Assembly (NCBI GenBank): GCA_030596125.1
Contig: JAUVKT010000003.1
Span: 108 to 64,107 of the forward strand
From: Bacteroidales bacterium
Lineage (GTDB): Bacteria > Bacteroidota > Bacteroidia > Bacteroidales > VadinHA17
Length of the DNA stretch: 64,000 nucleotides
Direction: 5' to 3'
This document shows positions 56,127 through 64,000 of the stretch, one piece after another. Positions within the stretch are counted from its first letter, which is position 1. Every line of letters starts with the position of its first letter. The position numbers and the translations under genes were made by a program. Below the pieces are notes generated by a model, which made no database searches, had not been told where the DNA came from, and worked only from the letters and a program-made list of their open reading frames with translations.

Positions 56127-57053
56127 TCAATTATTTTGCATTATTTTTTCATAATTCGATTTGTTGGCAGGATCAATCTCAGTCATTATCTCAACTACCC
56201 TGCTTCTCTCCTCCGGAAAGGCATCTGAAAAGACATTTATTATCTCATCTGATTTAGCTTCCATCACAATTAAAAGGTAATACATAAACGGATCGGGACG
56301 ACGTCTGTGCACGCTCTGAAGTAACCTTAATGTCTCTATCATACCGGTCCTCGACTCTGTAATGTTTGACTCAAGTTTATCAAGCCCTTTTACATGATAG
56401 TCATATACAAATTGTCTGACATTTGAGTATTCCCGGTCAAGAATATTTTTAACTAACCAGTACCTGTTTCTGTTTCGTGATCCATCATAAGGTTTCCAGC
56501 CTGGGACAGGGGCATTCTGTGCATTATTTACTATCCTCTCAGCCATTTTAAAGTATTCGGTTCCTCCCATCGGCGAAAACGAGTCATAGTCAAAACCTAA
56601 AATAATATAGGCATAATAGGCAAGAACCGAAATAAGGTTTGACCTGTGTATTGATGGATCAAACTCGAGAGATACATACTCAACATATCTGAACTGGAAA
56701 CTGTTATCCACAAAGTTCAGCATTGTTGTATTATAGGTAGTATTATAAACCGGCCGGCGGGCATTGATCTGTATCGTGCCCCTGAATTCGTCAGCCGAAA
56801 GTTGTTCCGTTAAATTAATCAGGATATTACAGTCAATGCGCTCACTATAGCTGTAAACACTATTGGTCCAGACAGTGTTATTCATAAACTCGTAAAGTTC
56901 CTTCTGCATTGTCTGAAACACTTCCCTGTTAGATCCCTGAATTCTTTGTCCGGATACCTGCACGCTACAATTCAGTTCCTGTGCGTTACCAATAATGGCC
57001 GTTAAAAACAGAAAAAAAATAAATAGTATAAGATGGTTCCTGAGTAGATTCAT
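56127..57053 (-). CDS. DUF4835-family protein (PorD-like)
   Basis: Signal peptide, QELNCSVQVSGQRIQGSNREVFQTM and the conserved Bacteroidota position between coaBC and recN. Confidence 0.6.
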   Translation of the reverse strand: MNLLRNHLILFIFFLFLTAIIGNAQELNCSVQVSGQRIQGSNREVFQTMQKELYEFMNNTVWTNSVYSYSERIDCNILINLTEQLSADEFRGTIQINARRPVYNTTYNTTMLNFVDNSFQFRYVEYVSLEFDPSIHRSNLISVLAYYAYIILGFDYDSFSPMGGTEYFKMAERIVNNAQNAPVPGWKPYDGSRNRNRYWLVKNILDREYSNVRQFVYDYHVKGLDKLESNITESRTGMIETLRLLQSVHRRRPDPFMYYLLIVMEAKSDEIINVFSDAFPEERSRVVEIMTEIDPANKSNYEKIMQNN

Positions 57054-57065
57054 ATTAACTAATTA

Positions 57066-58268
57066 CTAAAGCAGCCCTTCAATCTTATTGAAAATATCAG
57101 AGGCCACTTCTCCTTTTGATTTTAACTCAAATTTATCAATATTATTGCTACTGTCAATAATTGTAATCTTATTTGTGTCAAAACCAAATCCTGCTCCACT
57201 ATCCTGTAACGAATTAAGAACTATCATATCCAGATTCTTACCGGAGATCTTGGATATCGCATTCTCCTCCTCATTATCTGTCTCAAGTGCAAATCCAACC
57301 ACCAATTGCCTTTCTGTTTTTATCTTACCAAGAGTTGCTGCTATATCGGTTGTAGGAACAAACTCAATAAACAGGTTGTTCTTACCACTTTTGATCTTGG
57401 ATTTACTACTTTTCTTTGGAGCGAAGTCGGAAACTGCTGCCGATAGTATTGTAATATCAGCTTCAGGGAAACACGATATGGTTTGCGAGGCCATTTCAGA
57501 GGCTGAAACGACATTAATAATTTTAACTTCAGCGCTTATTGGTGTACAGGAAGAGGGACCAAGAACTAGAGTAACCTTTGCCCCGCGAACAACAGCTTCA
57601 TCTGCCAGTGCAATAGCCATCTTACCGGTTGAAAAATTACCAATAAACCTAACCGGGTCAATCATCTCGTAGGTAGGACCACCATTAATGAGTATCTTTT
57701 TACCCTTCAGGTCAGATCTTTTTTTTTTTGAAAAGAACCTGTTAATCTCTTTTATGATATCTTCCGGCTCAGCCATCCTTCCCTTACCTTCCAATCCGCT
57801 TGCAAGTTCGCCTGTAGCAGAATCAATTATCCGTACCCCTCTGGTAGCCAGTATATCAATATTTGCTTTCGTTGCCGGGTGATTATACATATCAAGATCC
57901 ATTGCAGGGGCAATAAAAACCTGCGATCGTGCTGAAAGATATGTTGTTAACAGTAGATTATCGGCAATGCCGTGGGCCATTTTGGCAAGAGTGTTAGCCG
58001 TTGCAGGTGCAATAATAAAAGCATCAGCCCACAAGCCCAGGTCAATATGACTGTTCCAATCTCCATTTTCAGGATCAAAAAAGTCAATCAGTACTCTGTT
58101 TTTGGAAAGGGTCGCCAGTGTAAGAGGGGTAATAAATTCTTTAGCCAGCGGAGTCATAACCACCTTTACATCAGCCCCCCCCTTAACAAGTAACCGGATG
58201 ATAATTGCAGCTTTATAAGCGGCAATTCCCCCGGTCACACCAAGAATTATATTTTTCCCTTTAAGCAT
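57066..58268 (-). CDS. coaBC: Bifunctional phosphopantothenoylcysteine decarboxylase / phosphopantothenate-cysteine ligase
   Basis: 400 aa with GVTGGIAAYK, PAMDLDMY and GNFSTGKM. Confidence 0.9.
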   Translation of the reverse strand: MLKGKNIILGVTGGIAAYKAAIIIRLLVKGGADVKVVMTPLAKEFITPLTLATLSKNRVLIDFFDPENGDWNSHIDLGLWADAFIIAPATANTLAKMAHGIADNLLLTTYLSARSQVFIAPAMDLDMYNHPATKANIDILATRGVRIIDSATGELASGLEGKGRMAEPEDIIKEINRFFSKKKRSDLKGKKILINGGPTYEMIDPVRFIGNFSTGKMAIALADEAVVRGAKVTLVLGPSSCTPISAEVKIINVVSASEMASQTISCFPEADITILSAAVSDFAPKKSSKSKIKSGKNNLFIEFVPTTDIAATLGKIKTERQLVVGFALETDNEEENAISKISGKNLDMIVLNSLQDSGAGFGFDTNKITIIDSSNNIDKFELKSKGEVASDIFNKIEGLL

Positions 58269-58281
58269 ACAGACTATTTAC

Positions 58282-58611
58282 TCAAACATCTGTTTCCTGT
58301 TCTGGCCGACGATAATAAATATTGTCTTCCTCATACTCCTTGATTGCTATCAGGGTTGGTTTGGGAAGTCTCTCATAAAATTTGGATATCTCAATCTGTT
58401 CCCTGTTTTCGAAAACCTCCTCCAGATTATCGGAATAAGAAGCAAACTCCTCAAGTTTCTGGCTTAATTCCTGCTTAATCTCAACACTGATCTGGTTTGA
58501 CCTTCTGGCACAGATCATAACCGCCTCATAAATATTAGCTGCATCTCTCTGTAATTCCTGAGTATCACGAGTGATGGTCGTAAGGGCCGCATTTGTTTTC
58601 TTGTAATCCAT
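58282..58611 (-). CDS. rpoZ: DNA-directed RNA polymerase subunit omega (Bacteroidota long form)
   Basis: 109 aa with NIYEAVMICARRSNQI and a conserved position between bamD and coaBC. Confidence 0.65.
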   Translation of the reverse strand: MDYKKTNAALTTITRDTQELQRDAANIYEAVMICARRSNQISVEIKQELSQKLEEFASYSDNLEEVFENREQIEISKFYERLPKPTLIAIKEYEEDNIYYRRPEQETDV

Positions 58612-58635
58612 ATTATTAAAGATAAAATATTCGTG

Positions 58636-59424
58636 TTAAATATTTAAATAGTCTGCCGTGGTCTTATAAATCTTCTCTACTTCCCTGGCAAACTCTGATT
58701 CCGGAAATTCTTCTATAAATGAATAATACTCATCAAGAGTATTCTGATAACGTTCCTTTTGTTTCTGACTTATACTCTTTTCAGCATAACGATACGTTGA
58801 TTCAAGCTTCAGAAAAAGCAATTCTTCCCTGAAATTAGTTTCAGGATACTCCTTCAGACTGTTACTTAAAGCTACCATTGCAGCCTTGTACTGCTTGCTA
58901 TCATAATACAATCTTGCGCTTATATAAGACTTCTCAACAAGTTTATCTTCAAGCTCTTTGATAAGTTGTCTGCTCTCTTCAACCTTTGGGCTGTCAGGAA
59001 ACCTCCTCTGAAAGTAGACAAAACTCTCTATTGCTGCAAGTGTATGAGATTGGTCAAGTGAAGGCCGGGGTGACATCATATAGTCACAGTAAGCAGTCAT
59101 AAATGTCGCCTCCTCGGCATTTTCACTATAAGCATAGCTATCCGCAAAATTCTTAAATGAAGCGCTTGCTGTCATATAATCCCGCATGTTATAATAGCAT
59201 TTGGAACTAATCCATATAAGATTCTCTGCTTCGCCCGTTGCACGATACCTTGGCAATATCTGGATTAAAAGTTCATTTGCCCTTACATATCTTTCTTCTT
59301 CGTAATACTGAAGCGCCATTGTCTTCTTTAATTCATAATCAGAGCTTTTAAGAAGTTTTTCGTACTCCCCGCATCCGGATACTAACAGGACAATAATCAG
59401 TATTATAAATGGCTTTATTCTCAT
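58636..59424 (-). CDS. bamD: Outer membrane protein assembly factor BamD (TPR lipoprotein)
   Basis: Lipobox (LVSGCG), TPR-like repeats, synteny. Confidence 0.75.
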   Translation of the reverse strand: MRIKPFIILIIVLLVSGCGEYEKLLKSSDYELKKTMALQYYEEERYVRANELLIQILPRYRATGEAENLIWISSKCYYNMRDYMTASASFKNFADSYAYSENAEEATFMTAYCDYMMSPRPSLDQSHTLAAIESFVYFQRRFPDSPKVEESRQLIKELEDKLVEKSYISARLYYDSKQYKAAMVALSNSLKEYPETNFREELLFLKLESTYRYAEKSISQKQKERYQNTLDEYYSFIEEFPESEFAREVEKIYKTTADYLNI

Positions 59425-59470
59425 ATCTGAAAATGTTCGGCAAAAGTAGTTAATTATTTCGATTTTCTAA

Positions 59471-59668
59471 CCTGATTAATTCATAAGTTTTTCGTCATGA
59501 GAAGTCAAAGTACACAGAATAAAGGTAAGCGCAGATTTGAGACTCACAAATATAGCCGTAGTTATATTGAGAATCAAAAATCGAGCATTGCCTTTAGTCA
59601 CAGTAATTTGACTTCGTAATACCTGCCTGCCGGCGAGGCAGGGATCAATTTGTGAACTATTCAGGTTA
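59471..59668 (+). mobile_element. MITE-like palindromic element, copy 2 (~198 bp, with a 21 bp GC-rich hairpin insertion)
   Basis: Same sequence and orientation as 52074-52250. The extra CCTGCCTGCCGGCGAGGCAGG lies near the right end. Confidence 0.6.
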
Positions 59669-59825
59669 ATTGAATAAACGTATAATCTGTTTAAATATTT
59701 TTGTTTTTCATCAAATATTTTCTTCTATTATCTCTCTTTATTTTTCAGAAATAGGTATAAATAGGTATTTAATTTACCAGCTTATTGCTATTTTTGTGCA
59801 AAAATTAAACCAAATCATTACAAAA

Positions 59826-61070
59826 GTGGATATTTTTGAGAAGATCAGAACAAACAGGGGTGCATTAGGAATGTACCAGAAAGAGAGTCACGGATACTTT
59901 ACCTTTCCGAAACTGGTTGGTGATATTAGCCCCAGAATGAAATTTATGGGTCGGGAAGTCCTAACATGGAGTCTTAACAATTACCTTGGACTTGCAAGTC
60001 ATCCTGAAGTAATCAAGGCAGACAGTGAAGCAGCCAAAAAATACGGTATGGCTTATCCTATGGGTGCCAGAATGATGTCGGGCCAGACAGAAATGCATGA
60101 AAAATTTGAACGGATGGCAGCCGAATTTGTAAGCAAAGAAGATGCTTACCTGTTAAACTATGGCTATCAGGGTATGGTATCAATTATAGATGCTCTGGTT
60201 GACAGAAGAGATATTATTGTTTATGATTCAGAATCACACGCCTGCATTATGGATGGTTTGCGTCTCCATATGGGTAAACGCTATGTCTTTCCTCATAATG
60301 ATATGGAGAATTTTGAAAAACAGTTACAGAGAGCAACCAAACTGACTGAAAAGACCGGAGGAGGAATTCTGGTTATTACCGAGGGTGTATTCGGTATGGC
60401 AGGAGACCTTGGAAGCCTTGACAAGATCACAGCTCTTAAAAAGAAATATAGTTTCAGATTGCTGGTTGATGATGCTCACGGGTTTGGAACCATGGGAGTA
60501 ACAGGTGCCGGAACAGGTGAACATTTTGGAGTTCAGGATGAGATTGATGTTTACTTCGCAACCTTCGCCAAGTCAATGGCAGGTATTGGTGGATTTGTTG
60601 CCAGCACACAAGATGTGGTTAACTTCCTGCGATATAACCTGAGATCTCAGATCTATGCTAAGTCTCTGCCAATGGCTATGACAATAGGTGCCATAAAAAG
60701 GCTGGAGATGCTTAAGTCGATGCCCGAACTGAAGGAGAAACTGTGGACTATTGTAAATGCTCTTCAATCCGGATTAAGGGAAGCCGGTATTAACCTTGGA
60801 AATACCGAATCTCCGGTTACACCTGTTTTTCTTAAAGGCGGTATACCGGAAGCATCACAGGTAACTCATGACCTCAGGAAAAATTACAATATCTTCTGTT
60901 CGATAGTGGTCTACCCGGTAGTACCAAGAGATGTAATTATGCTCAGGCTTATCCCAACAACAATGCATTCACTTGAGGATGTAGAGTATACTGTTAAAGC
61001 ATTTAAGGAGATAAAAGAGAAACTCGATGCCGGATTCTATCCCAAAGAGATAGCAGATTTTACCAAATAA
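59826..61070 (+). CDS. PLP-dependent alpha-oxoamine synthase family enzyme (KBL / AONS / serine palmitoyltransferase-like)
   Basis: WSLNNYLGLASHPEV, DDAHGFG and the PLP-lysine motif TFAKSMAGIGGF. The start is uncertain (GTG 59826 or ATG 59871). The longer ORF starts with TTG inside the MITE. A TATTTTTG -7-like box lies at 59789-59796. Confidence 0.75.
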   Translation: MDIFEKIRTNRGALGMYQKESHGYFTFPKLVGDISPRMKFMGREVLTWSLNNYLGLASHPEVIKADSEAAKKYGMAYPMGARMMSGQTEMHEKFERMAAEFVSKEDAYLLNYGYQGMVSIIDALVDRRDIIVYDSESHACIMDGLRLHMGKRYVFPHNDMENFEKQLQRATKLTEKTGGGILVITEGVFGMAGDLGSLDKITALKKKYSFRLLVDDAHGFGTMGVTGAGTGEHFGVQDEIDVYFATFAKSMAGIGGFVASTQDVVNFLRYNLRSQIYAKSLPMAMTIGAIKRLEMLKSMPELKEKLWTIVNALQSGLREAGINLGNTESPVTPVFLKGGIPEASQVTHDLRKNYNIFCSIVVYPVVPRDVIMLRLIPTTMHSLEDVEYTVKAFKEIKEKLDAGFYPKEIADFTK

Positions 61071-61076
61071 TTCTCA

Positions 61077-61105
61077 GGCCGCCTCGTTAAGGCGGCTTTT
61101 TTTTT
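61077..61105 (+). terminator. Rho-independent terminator
   Basis: Stem GGCCGCC/GGCGGC followed by T9. Confidence 0.75.
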
Positions 61106-61235
61106 GCTTTTATCCCGGCTCATATCTTCATATTTTAAACATTCTTTTGTTCTCCGCTGTTATATCTATATTCCTGGGGATTCTGTCCAAACTGATTCAC
61201 AGGTTTATAATACTATCTTTTACCAATACAAGTGT

Positions 61236-61877
61236 ATGATAAAATTTGATGTGGATAATGATAACATTCTGAAAGGATACAGTATGTTGTTATATTTTGC
61301 CGGCAGCTTGATATTAAATGAGCCACAGGAGGATTGCATCAATGATCTCGCTTCATCAAATATGTTCTGGAAAATGCCTCTTAAAAGCAATAATCCTGAT
61401 TACATTATCGCCACATCGTTTTTACATCATATTAACGACACCATGGAGATTGATTATCATGAGATTAAAAATGATTATCTCACTCTTTTCGGTGAAAAAG
61501 ACAAACCTCTGGCACCACCATATAAATCGGTTTACCTCTCTGATGAACACCTGACAAACCATAAACAAGCAGCCACATTAAAACACATATATAAGACTTA
61601 TGGATGGCACTCACCTGCATGTGGCAAAATCCATGAAGACCATCTTGGAATTGAGCTGCTATTCCTTAACCTTCTTATCGAAAAGTATTTCGACATGGAT
61701 GATGGTATTTGCAAAAAGGAGATTAAAACGGATATAAAGAAATTTATCAAAAATCATCTTGCAAGCTGGGTCTCAGACTGGAACAGGGATATTCAAAAGA
61801 ATGCCTCCAGCAATCTTTACAGAGGCATCGGTTATCTGGTAACTGCATGCATTGCGGATGTGTATAACCTGTTTTAG
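61236..61877 (+). CDS. TorD/DmsD-like cytoplasmic chaperone family protein
   Basis: YLTLFGEKDKPLAPPYKSVY and EDHLGIELLFLNLL resemble the TorD-family signature. Start trimmed to MIKFDV. Confidence 0.45.
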   Translation: MIKFDVDNDNILKGYSMLLYFAGSLILNEPQEDCINDLASSNMFWKMPLKSNNPDYIIATSFLHHINDTMEIDYHEIKNDYLTLFGEKDKPLAPPYKSVYLSDEHLTNHKQAATLKHIYKTYGWHSPACGKIHEDHLGIELLFLNLLIEKYFDMDDGICKKEIKTDIKKFIKNHLASWVSDWNRDIQKNASSNLYRGIGYLVTACIADVYNLF

Positions 61878-61928
61878 AGAATAGCCCTCCTTCGCTCTCC
61901 ACTTCGTTTCAAGCTTCGGAAGGGCAAA

Positions 61929-61998
61929 GCAGTCGGCAGTCGGCAGTCGGCAGTCGGCAGTCGGCAGTCGGCAGTCGGCAGTCGGCAGTCAGCAGTCC
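61929..61998. repeat. Heptamer tandem array (GCAGTCG x8 plus 2 variant units)
   Basis: Read directly. Confidence 0.95.
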
Positions 61999-62010
61999 TC
62001 AATCTGATAA

Positions 62011-62397
62011 TCAAAAATTTGGATTAAAAAATCGCTGAATAGCTCCCATTATATACTCACGCCATCCTTCTGAAATATTCGCAAAATCCTTATCCGGGAT
62101 ATTTGAATGTTCCACAGTAACCTGGGTAGAACCGAAATCTCTTAGCAGGTATATTGTTACAACAGACTTCTCCTCCTGTTCTCCAAAATACCACTCCTGT
62201 ACCAGTTTTTTATTCTCTACTGCCTCAATTATATTACCGGTAATATCACCATCCCACATAGAAAATTCCGATCCTGCATCTGTAGTCATTACAGCCGGAG
62301 AACCCGACCAGAGTTCTATTGTAACAGGGTTTGTCAGTGCAGAATATATATCAGTTATATCAGCATTAATAATGAATGTCTTTTTAAATGTTTTCAT
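62011..62397 (-). CDS. SRPBCC-superfamily protein (AHSA1/START-like)
   Basis: About 128 aa with FIINADITDIYSALTNP..ELWSG and VTVEHSNIP..EGWREYI. Start at the ATG at 62397. Confidence 0.6.
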   Translation of the reverse strand: MKTFKKTFIINADITDIYSALTNPVTIELWSGSPAVMTTDAGSEFSMWDGDITGNIIEAVENKKLVQEWYFGEQEEKSVVTIYLLRDFGSTQVTVEHSNIPDKDFANISEGWREYIMGAIQRFFNPNF

Positions 62398-62425
62398 CTT
62401 ATAATGATTTAGCAATTATCCACCC

Positions 62426-62472
62426 TCTTTAGTGCTTAGTCTTTACCCTTAGCCTTTTGTCGTTTGTCGTTT
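62426..62472. repeat. Degenerate heptamer patch (TTAGTGC.., TTGTCGT x2)
   Basis: Read directly: ctttagtgcttagtctttacccttagccttttgtcgtttgtcgtttta. Confidence 0.75.
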
Positions 62473-62687
62473 TATTTACACAGGATATTTCATCCTAATA
62501 TATAAAAGAAAGTGATTATATTATACTCTTCCGAAATAATTTTATAAACCATTGATAGCATGAGAATAAAACTTTACGTAGGTTTGTAAGAAAGGTGGTG
62601 GTATAGAATTTTCATAGATATTTATCCGCTTACCGGCACACTGTATCTGTATTACAGACTTATAATTATAAATTATATTTTTTTGAA

Positions 62688-63689
62688 ATGAAGATATTAT
62701 TAATTCTCACATACCTGTTTATAAGTATATCATCAGCATGGTCACAATCCGGCAGAACAGAAACAGTTTCAGTGGTATTCTTAAATACAGATAATCTTTT
62801 TGATGTTACAGATGACCCTGGTATTTATGATAATGCTTATACTCCGGCAGGCGCACACTTCTGGGGACCGGAACGTTACGATGAAAAAGTTAAATTAATC
62901 TCTGAACTTATTGGTTCGGTTACTGATAAAGGCTCGCCCGACATCATTGCTCTGGCTGGAGTGGAAAACCGTTCTGTAATTAAAGATCTGTTGTTATGTA
63001 AAGGTTTGAAAAAGGGAAAGTACAATATTATAATGGAAGACAATGAAGGCCAGAGTGATGTTGCCCTGCTCTATAAAACCGGATCACTAAAAATATTGGA
63101 ACATAAATTACTTGAGGCTGAACCTGCCCTGGAAACAGCAGATAACGCTTCAATATTGTATTTAAGAGGTGAACTCTCAGATGGACAGATATACCATTTC
63201 TTCATAAACCAATGGCCATACCGTAACAGTGGTATGGCTGGCTCTGAACAAAAAAGATTTATATGTGCCGTTACTGTAAGAAAAGAAGTTGACAGGATCC
63301 TCAATTTTGAAAGGGAGGCCAGGATCATAATATTAGGCTCCTTTAATGATGAGCCAACGAATCGCAGTCTGCTCAGTATGCTTAATGCGACAAATAAAAG
63401 AAAGAACCTCAATGTACGAGACCTTTATAATCTCTTTTACGACATTCACAATTTTGATAACAGGGGATCAATTGTTATAAATGGTGTCTGGCAAATGTAC
63501 GACCAGATAATTGTTTCACCGGTTTTGCTGAAAGTGAATGAAAATTTCCATACTTCTTTCAAAGGTGGGGAGATATATAATCCCGATAGCAAGTATCCTG
63601 TTCCTACTTTTACAGGTGCCAATTATACGGCAGGACCAGGCCGCAACCATCCGGTTTACTTTCTCCTTACCAGGACCAGAAAGCGGTAA
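62688..63689 (+). CDS. Secreted endonuclease/exonuclease/phosphatase (EEP) family protein
   Basis: Signal peptide, then [22 protein letters not shown] and LGSFNDEP. Confidence 0.6.
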   Translation: MKILLILTYLFISISSAWSQSGRTETVSVVFLNTDNLFDVTDDPGIYDNAYTPAGAHFWGPERYDEKVKLISELIGSVTDKGSPDIIALAGVENRSVIKDLLLCKGLKKGKYNIIMEDNEGQSDVALLYKTGSLKILEHKLLEAEPALETADNASILYLRGELSDGQIYHFFINQWPYRNSGMAGSEQKRFICAVTVRKEVDRILNFEREARIIILGSFNDEPTNRSLLSMLNATNKRKNLNVRDLYNLFYDIHNFDNRGSIVINGVWQMYDQIIVSPVLLKVNENFHTSFKGGEIYNPDSKYPVPTFTGANYTAGPGRNHPVYFLLTRTRKR

Positions 63690-64000
63690 TGAAGTTTAAG
63701 CTTATATCTGACTTCAAACCGACAGGCGATCAGCCTCAGGCCATTAATCAACTTTTAGAAGGACTTCGGTCAGATATACCGTTTCAGACCCTTCTTGGTG
63801 TGACCGGATCAGGAAAAACATTTACAATAGCAAATGTAATTGAACAGATTCAGCGGCCTGTTTTAGTTCTAAGTCATAATAAAACTCTGGCGGCTCAGCT
63901 TTACGGCGAATTCAGAAATTTCTTCCCGGATAATGCAGTGGAGTATTTTGTCTCCTATTACGATTATTATCAGCCCGAAGCTTATCTTCCGGTAACTGAT
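63689..64000 (+). CDS. uvrB: Excinuclease ABC subunit B, 5' part (runs off the window)
   Basis: My own translation gives [26 protein letters not shown]...[16 protein letters not shown]...[41 protein letters not shown] overlap with the upstream stop. Confidence 0.9.
   Translation, partial: MKFKLISDFKPTGDQPQAINQLLEGLRSDIPFQTLLGVTGSGKTFTIANVIEQIQRPVLVLSHNKTLAAQLYGEFRNFFPDNAVEYFVSYYDYYQPEAYLPVTD

Noticed and set aside
52074-59668. Composite transposon or genomic island delimited by the two MITE-like copies
   Set aside because: The enclosed genes are core housekeeping genes in conserved Bacteroidota order (fabI, recN, coaBC, rpoZ, bamD), with no mobility genes. The bracketing is more likely coincidental insertion into two intergenic sites.

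Overview
This AT-rich segment appears chromosomal and comes from what looks like an anaerobic Bacteroidota-type bacterium. The taxonomic guess rests on bamD-rpoZ-coaBC-DUF4835-recN synteny, a CarboxypepD_reg-type TonB-dependent receptor and a HYC_CC_PP protein next to a Cus/Czc-like RND efflux set. I recognised no rRNA, tRNA, CRISPR array, transposase, integrase or phage gene.

Layout, left to right:
- 27-3861: C1/corrinoid module (pterin-binding methyltransferase, fused MetV-MetF methylene-H4folate reductase, RACo-type corrinoid reactivase).
- 3865-5817: arsR / thioredoxin-fold protein / ArsP-like permease operon.
- 6013-13290: heavy-metal RND efflux locus.
- 13502-18998: accessory-looking stretch with a Rieske-PoxB fusion, DUF427, a rhodanese remnant and egtD-egtB.
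- 19555-26140: OmpR/PhoR-like two-component system, TonB receptor and lipoprotein, bracketed by a ~270 bp direct repeat.
- 28406-38296: redox cluster with DRTGG/HATPase regulators, an H-cluster-variant [FeFe]-hydrogenase-like protein and five translationally coupled genes (NuoE/NuoF/NuoG-like plus NfnA/NfnB-like).
- 38280-39108: ECF sigma / anti-sigma pair.
- 39461-52078: dense signalling island.
- 52264-64000: housekeeping block, bracketed for 7 kb by two copies of a palindromic MITE-like element.

Most unusual observations:
- An array of PAS sensor genes has dissimilar sensor cores set between near-identical coiled-coil N- and C-terminal caps. A ~375 bp gene-junction repeat is present twice. 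Four of the five genes have no recognisable output domain.
- About a dozen heptanucleotide tandem-repeat arrays (STRR-like) sit in the intergenic spacers.
- A four-helix-bundle (23S rRNA IVS / Avd-like) ORF, flanked by inverted heptamer arrays, is inserted between a histidine kinase gene and its response regulator gene.
- The NuoEFG-like plus NfnAB-like operon has a molybdopterin-type subunit in which I could not find a catalytic Cys/Sec-His motif.

All functional calls rest on motif and family recognition by eye. No database search or alignment was run.
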